Position numbers and translations under genes: made by a program. From the NCBI RefSeq assembly GCF_001194135.2, contig NC_068998.1, positions 25,785,759 to 25,845,723 of the forward strand: a stretch of DNA of 59,965 nt, read 5' to 3'. A model generated the notes under the pieces. It searched no databases and was not told the origin of the DNA. It saw only the letters and a program-made list of their open reading frames with translations. Origin of the DNA: Octopus bimaculoides. Its lineage: Eukaryota. Within the stretch, counting starts at the first letter, position 1. Each line of letters opens with the position of its first letter. This document shows, in pieces, positions 1-10,462 of this stretch.

Positions 1-200
1 TATTTGACCGTTGACTGACTGAACACTATTCAATTTTTTTTCTCCGTGTTTTTCTCCTTGTCTCCGTATTCTTTCTGTTGAAGAGCGTAGCTCGAAACGT
101 CAAAGACCTTCCGTATTCCCGAGCGTCATACTAATATATACTTTTGTTATTTACACCACCTGTCCTCGTCTGTTGTTATTATTTGTATATTCTCCCATAT
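1..200 (+). mobile_element. Penelope-like element 3' terminus (pLTR), family PLE-A, with hammerhead-like core
   Basis: Near-identical to 55881-56097. Contains TTGAAGA-gcgtagctc-GAAACgtc (78-101). Its end (cacctgtcctcgtc...) matches the sequence joined to the PLE RT/GIY-YIG fragment near 18960-18995 (minus). Runs into (TA)n. Confidence 0.6.
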
Positions 201-379
201 ATATATATATATATTGATAGATATGTATATATGTATGCATCTATATATGAGATACTAGTTTCAGTATTACTATTGAAAGTATTAAAACTGAAAGTATCTC
301 ACATTACAATAAAGACTTTATTGTTTCACTTTTAACAATACTGAAATAGTGTAAGAAATAAGAGATTGCTCTGGGCTCG

Positions 380-412
380 CATCATCATTATTATTATTAT
401 TATTATTATTAT

Positions 413-461
<49 letters not shown>
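380..461. repeat. Compound triplet microsatellite (CAT)(TAT)n(TAG)n
   Basis: Directly visible. Confidence 0.95.
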
Positions 462-1073
462 CAACTTAAATCAGAATTGGTCTTATTGCAGATAGAATTT
501 TTGTGAATAGCGATTATTACCTGTAACCTGAGATATCCACATGATTTCATAAGCTTTTAACTTCTCAAAACCTTTCTGAGGATCCGCCCTCTATCTAAGA
601 GTTAGACCTTCTATAGAAGTTCCACAGGACATCCCATTCCAATCTCCTTTAACCATTTGTATATGTCATTACTCACAGGACTTCCAATTATCCCAGGTTG
701 AACTTTATAGATTTCGTGTTCCAAATCCTCATAATACCAAATTTTAAGGGATGGTATATTTTCAACACATCGTCTTTTTTCTTCACAATCCTGGACACAA
801 ATGGACATGATAGATCAAATTTGATTGTTTTTGCCCGTTAGTGTGATATCAAGTTTCTTATGTTCTATCTTTTTATACGTTTGAATTGGAAAATCCCACA
901 AAATCTTGCATTTTTCCGAGTCAAATACTCATTCTGCATGATGACTGAACCATGTACTTCCAGTTTCACATCCCCATATCTGACAAAACTTCCACAAAAT
1001 TAATGTTTTTATATACTCTCCCGACCAACATGAGGTATTCTGCAATAATATGGGTAATTGTTTCATGCCAAAT

Positions 1074-1262
1074 AGCCGGCGAGCTGGCAGAAACGTTACC
1101 GAAATGCTTAGCGGCATTTCGTCTGTCTTTACGTTCTGAGTTCAAATTCCGCCGAGGTCGATTTTGCCTTTCATCCTCTCGGAGTCGCTAAATTAAGTAC
1201 CAGTTGCCCACCAGTAGCCCCCCTCCTCAAAAATTTTGGGCCTTGTGCCTAGAATAGAAATG
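1074..1262 (+). mobile_element. tRNA-derived SINE, family 1, with 18-bp TSD
   Basis: Head ggcgagctggcagaaacgtt with B-box-like gagttcaaattcc. Perfect duplication aattgtttcatgccaaat at 1056-1073 and 1263-1280. Confidence 0.9.
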
Positions 1263-1365
1263 AATTGTTTCATGCCAAATTTCATGTATACTACATTTTA
1301 CCGACACATTTTGACTCTTACTCATATTTTCTCAAGTTGCTTGTCTTTTTTATAATTATTATTCA

Positions 1366-1592
1366 AGGCGGCAGAAAGGCAGCGAGCAGGCGGAGCTGTT
1401 AAAACGATGGACGAAATGCTTAGCAGTATTTCGTCCATCCTTAATTTCTGAGTTCCAATTCTGCCGTGTTCGACTTTGCCTTTCATCCTTTCGGGGTCGA
1501 TAAACTAAGTACCAATGACACACTGACGTCGATGTAATCAACTAGTCCCATCCCCATAAATTTCACGCCTTGTACCTTTTGTAGAAAAGATT
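1366..1592 (+). mobile_element. SINE family 1
   Basis: Same body (cgactttgcctttcatcctttcggggtcgataaa) as 1074-1262. Confidence 0.85.
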
Positions 1593-1602
1593 ATTCATAT
1601 TA

Positions 1603-1690
1603 TAAGGCAGTGAACTGGCAGAACTATTGGCACGCCGGGCAAAATGCTTACCAGCAATCCTTTCGTCTTTCCGTACTGAGTTCAAAGTTT
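1603..1690 (+). mobile_element. SINE family 1, 5' part only
   Basis: ggcagtgaactggcagaac...ctgagttcaaa, truncated after the B box. Confidence 0.75.
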
Positions 1691-2638
1691 GCCCAAATCT
1701 TGAACATATGTATACATATTTTGCAAGATGTTTTCCTAAATGTTTTTTAAAAGAATTCTTGAAGCATTCATAAGACCATGAATAGTAAATGGAATATGAA
1801 AAATACTAAATGTACTCATGGTTTGTTTGATACATCATTTAGTTACAAAAGTTGAAGGGAGTGTATCATAGAAACCAGGCGTACACATATAAGTGTAATT
1901 TGTTTAGGATTTCATGTATATTATCTTTCAGTAAAGAAAGTTCAAACGATTATGATAAATGGTTATATTTGTTTGCCATTTTAAAACCTCGTTGAAAAGT
2001 CCTGCCTTTGATAATATGTTAATGATATTCGTGTTGTATTTTATTTTCCCCCAGTGAATTTTAAATAATCGGAACATATGTGATCGTAAATATTCTTCAA
2101 AGAACTTTCTAAATATTTATGAATCGCTTTCTAAGTATTACAATAAAACGTTTGCACAATACACAATGATGTTGATATGTAACATTTAATGGCTAGTTAA
2201 TATCTAGTATTTTGTGAATATATTTCACTTGATACAAAACATGAGACATCTCCACAACTATTTAAATTTACAACTACTTCAAATCGAGACTACGTGAGAG
2301 GGCTCAAGTGGTCACATGTCCAGCTAGAAAATGCTGCCAAAATGACCCTCAAAGCTCATCCGCACCGCTTTAGAAAAGCAAACATTGGTAAATGCTGTCC
2401 TGACGTATTGCATATAAGAAAAATATAGAGTGCCTCTCATTAGAATTTTGATCGACCAGGTTTGACTTAGTGGTGAAACAATAACGAGATAAATAACTAT
2501 TTAACACATCGAAAAATCTTCGAGTGAATCCATTGTGATTGTGAACAATATGAAATGAAAAATATAAGGCGGAGAAATAACCGTTTCTACCCTTTATAGA
2601 TTTAATTTAGGTTCGAGGCAATTTGTACTGCATACAAG

Positions 2639-2639
<1 letters not shown>

Positions 2640-2688
<49 letters not shown>

Positions 2689-2882
2689 TGATGATGATGA
2701 TGATGGTGATGATAATCCTTTCTACTACAGACACAAGGCCTGAAATTTTGGAGGATGGGAATAGCCGATTGAATTGATCCCAGTGCTCGACTGGTACTTA
2801 TTTTTATTAACTACAAAAGGCTTTAAAGGCAAAGTCGACTCAGAACATGAAGGCGGACGAAATGCCGCTAAGCATTTTGTCT
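2640..2882 (-). mobile_element. SINE family 1 (reverse) with (ATT/ATC)n tail
   Basis: Reverse complement of the family 1 body at 2714-2882. Triplet tail at 2640-2713. Confidence 0.8.
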
Positions 2883-4017
2883 GAAGTGATACCAGAGTGT
2901 TATCACTAACGAATACACTGAAGGCTATGTTAAGCTGAAAATGTCTAATTATTCCGAATCATTACTGGAGTTACCGCTATCAGGTATAATTTTTATTTTT
3001 CAACCTATATTATTCTGTTCACCATATTTTATTTTTAGCCAATTAAACTTCTCCTTCATTAAATTAATTGTGATGTCACTAATTTGGGCATTGTTGTTTT
3101 CGGGCTGATGACGTCTCTGGGTATTTATTTTCAGTTTTTATCTTTCATCGCTTAACCGTTGGCTACCACAGAAGAACTCATCAATTCTTCACTTTATGCT
3201 TGTCAAGAGAAATCAGGAGAAAATTTTAAAGATTTCTAGAGTATATATGATCCAAATTTTGAAATTGGTTTCCTCTTTAATTATAAACATGTATATATTT
3301 AGAAACCCCCAGAGAAGTGTTTTGCACTTTGTAAAAGTTGAAAGACTTAAATTAATATTCGATTACTTCTAAATAAAATCAAGTAATACTGTTCAACATT
3401 CGAGTAGAGCATATGCACACCACATAAGAACTGAATTGTATTTTAATTGTATTCGTACTTTTCCTTTACAAAAGTAATGAATACAAATGTTTGCTTTTGT
3501 TTTTAATGATGAAAATAAGAACGAACATTTCAATCGAAATAGTTGATGCGTTTATTAATTTTTTTTCTCTTGCGGATGTATATGTGAGTGTGTTTGTTTC
3601 GAATGGGATCTTTTCTTCAATATCTATAGTTTCTAACCCATTTTATTAAATATTTATTTCCTATTTGTAACGGTACAGAATGTGCATTTCTTTTTACATA
3701 TTACGATAGAGAGTTTTATTCTCATTTTTACGCTTCTTCTAGTTACACCACCATATTCTCATATCGACTTCCTTCAAGGGAGAACTTAGTACAGTTTGAA
3801 ATATATCCATCGTAATTCAATAATTCTAAAAAAGAATTTATTTTAATTACCATAGAATATACCTTTGAGTGTTCTTTGGACTTCCTATGAAACTTTAAAA
3901 GAGAGAATGGTAATATATGAAATTCGATTCAACTTTATTATTTTCAAAATAATTTTTCACACTGCTTTTCTTTCTCACAGAAACTGTAGGAAATATATTA
4001 CCTCGATATTATTTAAA

Positions 4018-4397
4018 CAGTGGAGGCGCAATGGCCCAGTGGTTAGGGCAGCGGACTCGCGGTCATAGAATCGCGGTGTCGATTGCCAAACCGGGCGTTG
4101 TGAGTGTTTATTGAGCGAAAATACCTAAAGCTCCACGAGGCTCCGGCAGGGGATGGTGGCGAACCCTGCTGTACTCTTTCACCAAAACATTATCTCACTC
4201 TTACTTCCTGTTTCTTTTGTGCCTGTAATTCAATGGATCAGCCTTGTCACACTGAATATCCCCGAAAACTACGTTAAGGGTACACGTGTCAGTGGAGTGC
4301 TCAGCCACTTGCACGTTAATTTCACGAGCAGGCTGTTCCGTTGATCGGATCAACTGGAACCCTCGACGTCGTAAGCGACGGAGTGCCAACAACAACA
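4018..4397 (+). mobile_element. Full-length tRNA-derived SINE, family 3, with (CAA)n tail and 10-bp TSD
   Basis: tRNA-like head ggcgcaatggcccagtggttagggcagcggactc. Tail gccaacaacaacaa. attatttaaa at 4008-4017 and 4398-4407. Confidence 0.85.
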
Positions 4398-5199
4398 ATT
4401 ATTTAAATACAACAAATTACAAACCAATACTGTAAGAGTTGCGGTGTAGCAATTCTCCATAGAGTAGTTAACGCTTAATGAAGCCCATAAAATTAACAAA
4501 TTTTCTCATCTGATTGATTTATTTTCCCTGGGATGTAACTACAAACACAGATAATATCTAGCCATTGACTTAAACAACCGATATTTATTACTCATATTGA
4601 AATAAAATTGTTATCTTAGAAATTATATCTAATTCTTTTATACAGCCTATTATATGGCCGTGAAGGAAAAATATATTACGATATATTATTAGAGGAAATT
4701 ACTTTTGTTAGTGGACTGAGGATATTACGACGTTAAAGAATATTCCCATCAACACTGAATAACTCTTACCCCTATGCAATATTATACTTTACTTCACGTT
4801 AAAGTGACGTTCTCTACTATTCACATTATAGGACACACGCACGCATACACACGGGCGCACTCACATGCACACACGCGCGCGCGCACACACAATCACAAGT
4901 AAACACAAGCACACATATATAGACCCGAGTGCATCTCAATTAAGCACCTCTTGAATTACACAAAAAAAATCTCATCTGAAATAAGTGACTACTAATTGTT
5001 AAGCTGTTATAAGAAGAAGACCGAAATTTCTCTCAAACTGTAGCTTACTCGTCTGTATAAAATAAAGTTATATATATAGTACTGTAGTTCTATATCCTCT
5101 TAATAAGAAAAGATATTCATGGAAGAAAAACTTTTGATTCCAGATATGCTTAAATAGAAACTTGAAAGAATTTTAGTCGAATGAATTGACCCAGTGATA

Positions 5200-5359
5200 T
5201 CTTTTATTTCTTTTTTTATAAGAGGCCTTATGCTATCGGTCAGTTGCCGAACTGCTTGCTTACGGGTACGTAAAAACACCAACAACTGTTTGACGACGTT
5301 GGTGGGGGACAGAAACACACACACAAGAACACACAAACATACCCACGCGCATCCACACA

Positions 5360-5434
<75 letters not shown>

Positions 5435-5790
5435 CCTCTACATCCGACACTGAGTGGAAAATGCTCCGCTTTCCAGCCTGCGTCTCCACATTCATCGAGG
5501 AGGGTTATATAACGGTTAATCTTTCGAGCCCGTGCGGCATCCATGTTATCTTCTTGAACAACCATAAACTCGACTAGATTTACCACGTTCTTTCTTTCAG
5601 ACCTTATTATGATATCCAGTTTCTCCGTAACTGGAATGGGAAAGAATCCTTCGCCCCTTAGGAAATCTGCAGCCACTTCACAATTGCCGTTCCACTGTTC
5701 ATAGCTGGCAGGAAGTTTCTTCTTCAAACGAATTTTCTGTCCTGAGCGCACCAAGGTATTGAAATCTCTGGTTGGTTCTTTCAATTATAT
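5200..5790 (-). mobile_element. HERO/R2-superfamily LINE restriction-like endonuclease remnant, split by a (TG)n array
   Basis: ORF 5260..5784: TEKLDIIIRS..VVNLVEF.V.QEDNMDAARARKINRY..L..C..AGW..HFPLSVGCRG resembles the HERO-type RLE motif (RPDIV.WS..ELTVPWEE..ERK..KY..GW..P.EVGCRG). Homology resumes after the microsatellite (PTNVVKQLL..KQAVRQL). Confidence 0.7.
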
Positions 5791-5875
5791 TTTTGCCACT
5801 GTTGATGAGAACAATTTGGCTCTTTATAGCATTGAAGATAATCTTAAGGACCAGATTGTGTATATTTATTCAATG

Positions 5876-6713
5876 CCAGGTTGTATCAAAACATTGCTGG
5901 ACTAATTATATTTAATAAAAATAAAACTTATTTACCCAAGATTTAACATAATCTCATTCAAAATAGTCACCTTGCGCTGCAATACTCCGTTCCCAGCGTT
6001 CCTTCCACTTTTGGAATCCGGCGTGGATGTCGTTTTCCCTAACCAAATCGTGGACCTTCTGCAATTCGCTCTGGATCTCGACAACAGTGACCTTTGAGCT
6101 GCATTTTCATCTTGGAGAAGAGATGAAAGCCTGTAGGTGCAAAAAATTGCTAATAGGGGGGGGGGGGGTGCAGAAGCGATACCATATTGTTTTTGGCGAG
6201 AAACACAGGTGAGGAGAGCTTGGTGACAGGGTGCATTGTTGTCGTGAAGAATCCAGTTCTTCGCACTCTACAGATCCAGTTACTTTCGCGGAATATCCTC
6301 CCTCAAACACATCAAAACGTCGATTGTTCTCTGATGATCCTCAAGCAGAGGCTAAAGATTTTTCACCACATTTCCGGGGATGAGGCTCGTGGAAGGTTTT
6401 CCAGATCACTCATCGTCTTCCATGGATGTTCTTCCACTTTTGCTTCGTAACTGTAAGCTTGCCAATGCATGATCAATGTCTCTGTACCAGATTTCCTAAG
6501 TTTAACGCTAAATTTCACGTTGGCTCTGTGTTCCAACTTCCAGTTCATGACAAGCTCACAGACTATAGCACACCCAAATTCCACTACTCGCGAAGTAAAC
6601 TCAGCACAATGCCTTATGAAGGTCATTGCTACGTGTCACTGTGCATGCAACTTTGTGCTCCCATCTGTTGGCACGCTACAGAACTAGTCCGGGATACTTT
6701 TGATACCATCTTG
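5876..6713 (-). mobile_element. Internally deleted mariner (same family as 15160-16465)
   Basis: TIR-like ends ggttgtatcaaaacattgctggactaatt and actagtccgggatacttttgataccatcttg. N-terminal remnant (HRANVKFSVKLRKSGTET) is fused to the C-terminal WIL.DN/GDYFE region; the central part is missing. Confidence 0.85.
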
Positions 6714-6799
6714 AAGATAGATACATTTCTTTTATTAGCCACATAGGGCTCAACAAAGGTGGGACAAATACAATGTAGATATTTTCTTTTTGGGAGGGG

Positions 6800-7040
6800 A
6801 AAAAAGTGGTGTGTCGATCAAAAGGGATCGTAGGAAGGGAAAAGGGGGGAGTTCGATCAAAAGGGTTCGAGAAAAAAAAAGTGCAATCAATAGGGATCGT
6901 GTATCACAGTAATGTTCTCGTGTAAAATTACTGATACACGATCCCTATTGATCGCACTTTTTTTTTCTCGACCCCTTTTGATCGAACTCCTCCCTTTTTC
7001 CTTTCCTACCATCGCTTTTGATCGACACACCACTTTCTTT
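6800..7040. repeat. Foldback inverted repeat, ~115-bp arms, 13-nt loop
   Basis: 6800-6913 is the approximate reverse complement of 6927-7040 (e.g. aagtggtgtgtcgatcaaaag / cttttgatcgacacaccactt; atcaatagggatcgtgtatca / tgatacacgatccctattgat). Confidence 0.95.
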
Positions 7041-7047
7041 TTTCTTG

Positions 7048-7049
<2 letters not shown>

Positions 7050-7109
<60 letters not shown>

Positions 7110-7110
7110 T
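7050..7110. repeat. (GATA)n microsatellite
   Basis: Directly visible. Confidence 0.95.
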
Positions 7111-7299
7111 ACTCTTTAGTACACATACGCACACAAATAAATATGTACATGTATTAGTCTTTGTATGTATGTATGCATATATATGTGAATCTGCGTGCTT
7201 ACACAAATATATGCTTATATATCTCTCTGCCAATTTGTAAATATAGATATAAACATGTATGTGTGTGCATGAGTGTGTGCGAGTACGGATATATCTTCT

Positions 7300-7600
7300 A
7301 GAAACAACTGTGTGAGACGTAAGGATTGGGGTCCACTGTCTTAATGAGCCACATACCACTTTCTATTGGAATGCAGACAACAATGACGTTTGAAAGCCAT
7401 TTGAATACCAGAAAAATGTAATATATAACAACTTGTTGTCTGAAGCGCAGGATGTGTGATATGTCGGTCAATAGTCGAGTTAATTTCACTCGGAACAGCA
7501 TGAAAGGCTACAGAAATATGTTGATAGTTTTGTAGATAGGTAGGGAGTCACCTGACAATGTTGATATATGGAAGACGGCTGTTAAATATTGATAGGAATC
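7300..7600 (-). mobile_element. Possible L2-like LINE 3' remnant
   Basis: Degenerate match to the L2/CR1 C-terminal pattern (HRR.VASL.IFY..CS.EL..LL) across frameshifts. Confidence 0.35.
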
Positions 7601-7675
7601 TAGGTTGGTATTGTAGGTATATCTATACAAGTAGGTGTATATATGTGTAGATATGTAAGCATATATGTATGTATT

Positions 7676-7794
<119 letters not shown>

Positions 7795-8349
7795 ATGTGT
7801 ACGTGTATGTGTATGTATAAATATACATATTTATATGTGTATGCATATATGTGTGTGCGCGTGCGTGCGTGCGTCCTTGCATGCGTGGATGCGTATTAGC
7901 ATAGGTACGTAAGTGAGACAATAATTAGATAAGTAGCCTATGAGTAAAGCAGTTTTCTTAGTTGTTAGAGCTAGGTACAAGATGATCCAGCAAACCTGTT
8001 ATATACGTTCCTACCATGAACATCTCTTCTAGTATTTTAGCAAAAAGTGTCCAACACTATATCATTTAATATGTTCGTCTTGTTTATTATTTCTTTAACA
8101 GAATGAGATGCTATTTGAGTGGGTTTAATCACCAGTCTCAACATTGCAAGCGACGGCAACTTATTTGTCTCATACGTAGAGGTGTTAGCTTGAAGTGGAC
8201 ATAGAGACTGTAGCAACGACGGCAGAGAATCAGACAATGCAAAGTTTTCTGTGTAAGTTTGCATACAGAAATCTTCAAGAAGGTAGATATGTATGCAAGC
8301 AAACATGAAGGCACATACGTCAGTAGGCTCTAAATGTTGCTATCTTTTT

Positions 8350-8534
8350 TATCTTTTCATCTTGTTGCAGTACTTACTTTGTTTTTTTCAAACCTGGTGC
8401 TTATTCTATCGGTTTCTTTTGCTGAACCGCCTGGTTACGGGGACCTAAGCTCATTAGCGCCAGTTGTCAAACGTTACTACGGGGGCGGTAAACACACACA
8501 CAAACACACACACACACACAAACACACAAACAAT

Positions 8535-8569
<35 letters not shown>

Positions 8570-8574
8570 GAACA

Positions 8575-8660
<86 letters not shown>

Positions 8661-8663
8661 CAT
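8350..8663 (-). mobile_element. SINE family 2, 3' half plus central (CA)n/(TA)n
   Basis: cttattctatcggtttcttttgctgaaccgc...gttgtcaa matches the reverse of the family 2 tail. Confidence 0.8.
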
Positions 8664-8689
8664 ATTAAAGGAAAATGGGCGACAAATCC

Positions 8690-9258
8690 AAAGCAGGACG
8701 AGTATCTGAGGTCATTTAGAGTATTTGGTAGGAGTAAGGTGAATCAAAGAGGAAGTAGAAATAATTAATGTCTTGCAGCCACTTTCTGGGATATTCCAGG
8801 TGATGAGTCAACATCTTCATACACTGGGTATTCCGACATGAGAGACAAGGTGTGTATGTCTCTGACGACGAGATGCCCAGTGTATAGGGGTGATGACTCA
8901 TAGATGTGACATGATGTTGTATCTAAGATACTCTATAATGAAATCCGTTGGAAGGACAACTCCAAGGACAAATAAATATGAACCCATAGTCTGGTAAAGC
9001 CATAGCCACTCATAATAAAAAGGGGTGCTGGTGGAATGTCCCAGTGAAGACTTCATTAAAATGTAAGCACAACAGACTTGATATAATGATTTGAGATAGA
9101 TAAGAGAAGCTGTGCACAGTTGTGGAAATTAGCTGCCCAACGGATGTTAACATAAAGCTGAAGATCAGTGAAAAAGAGAATACTTACGCTGAGCTATTGA
9201 GAAATTTACAGTTAATATATCCAGATTACAATTTCAGGTTTATACCTGTAATTATTGG
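8690..9258 (+). mobile_element. R4/Dong-like LINE C-terminal zinc-knuckle/RLE remnant
   Basis: HDVVSKILYNEIR; HNRLDIMI.DR.EK.CTVVEISCPTDVNIKLKISEKENTYAELLRNLQLIYPDYNFRFIPVIIG, a typical PD..D/E RLE domain. 7960-8330 may be upstream sequence of the same copy. Confidence 0.75.
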
Positions 9259-9261
9259 GGC

Positions 9262-9590
9262 GAAGTAATGGAACTGGAAACAACAGGAAACATTTCGTTC
9301 TGTGTTTGTGCGCACTTTTACTCAATGGCTCCCTTCAATTTGTCCAATGTTTCCGCCATTGGATAGTATACGTTTTGTTTACTCATAAAAAGTCCAGTGG
9401 TGTGAGCTCCGGTGATGGTGGTGAGTATTCGAGTGAACATTCTCGTCCCATCCACCTGTTCTGAAAACTTTGATCACGGTAGTGACGACGTGTCTCCTTT
9501 TTAGGGAAATAAACTCCATATCTTCAAAATCATTTAGAATTCCTGACAGATTGTCGCAGCAACTTCAAGCAAATTGAAACAGTCACTCTA
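9262..9590 (-). mobile_element. Tc1/mariner-superfamily (maT/DD37D-like) transposase C-terminal remnant
   Basis: QSFQNRWMGRECSLEYSPPSPELTPLDFL resembles the RWIGR...WPPRSPDLTPLDF motif. Confidence 0.75.
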
Positions 9591-10046
9591 CCGTCAAGAA
9601 ATAGTAGTCTAATTAAATATGTAGAGGATAGCACCCACCACAGAGTTACTCCTGCTAAATTAACATGACATTAACTGTAATATGTAGATATTTAGTTTAC
9701 GGTTGGAAAAATTGTGGAGGTTAATTGAGCCATTTAATTTAAACGTGACACCATAATTGCAAACAATCTGTTTTGGAAAGTGTGCATCTTGTACACATAC
9801 TGCTGTGTACCACTCGCAAAACTTCACTCGTGTCCGGTTCTGATTTTCGAATTCTTATCTCACGAGTCAGAAGGTGCATTTATTTTCTTGGATACGTGCT
9901 ATACACATGTGTTTGCATGTGTGAGTGTGTATGTGTGTGCACGCGCGCGTGTATTTGAGTGAGTGTATCTATGTGAGTATATGCATTTATGTTTAAATAT
10001 GTATTTGTAAATACATAAATGTATATATATATATATATATATATAG

Positions 10047-10078
<32 letters not shown>

Positions 10079-10100
10079 GTATGTATGTATATATGCATAC

Positions 10101-10462
10101 GTGGCTGTGTGGTAAGTAGCTTGCTTAACAATCACATGGTTCCGGGTTCTGCCCCACTGCGTGGCACCTTGGGCAAGTGTCTTCTACTATANNNNNNNNN
10201 NTGTGTGTGTGTGTGTGTGTGTGTGTCTGTGTGTGTGTGTGTGTGTGTGCGTGTGTGTGTGTGCGCGCGTCTGTGTTTGTCCTCCAGCATCGCTTGACAA
10301 CCGATGCTGGTGTGTTTACGTCTCTGTAACACTAGCGGTTCGATAAAAGGGACCGATAGAATAAGTACTAGGCTGACAAAAAATAAGTCCTGGGGTCGAT
10401 TTCTTCGATTAAATGTGGTGCTCCAGCATGGCCGCAGTCAAATGACTGAAACAAGTAAAAGG
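10101..10462 (+). mobile_element. SINE family 2 (full length, 10-N gap in its microsatellite core)
   Basis: Head tggctgtgtggtaagtagcttgc..ccgggttc. Central (TG)n. Tail gcatggccgcagtcaaatgactgaaacaagtaaaa. Confidence 0.9.

Noticed and set aside
1932-1961. 30-nt symmetric exon candidate (KESSNDYDK)
   Set aside because: The donor gttata is weak and the pattern is expected by chance in AT-rich DNA.
3106-3125. Isolated CTGATGA followed by gacgtc-type palindrome
   Set aside because: No downstream GAAA or helices; a 7-mer match is expected by chance.
3743-3788. Exon candidate (TPPYSHIDFLQGRT)
   Set aside because: Weak donor (gtacag), no recognisable homology and no frame support.
4021-4095. tRNA-like sequence (also the heads of SINE families 1 and 2)
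   Set aside because: Continues into a SINE body with tail and TSD; cloverleaf arms are degenerate.
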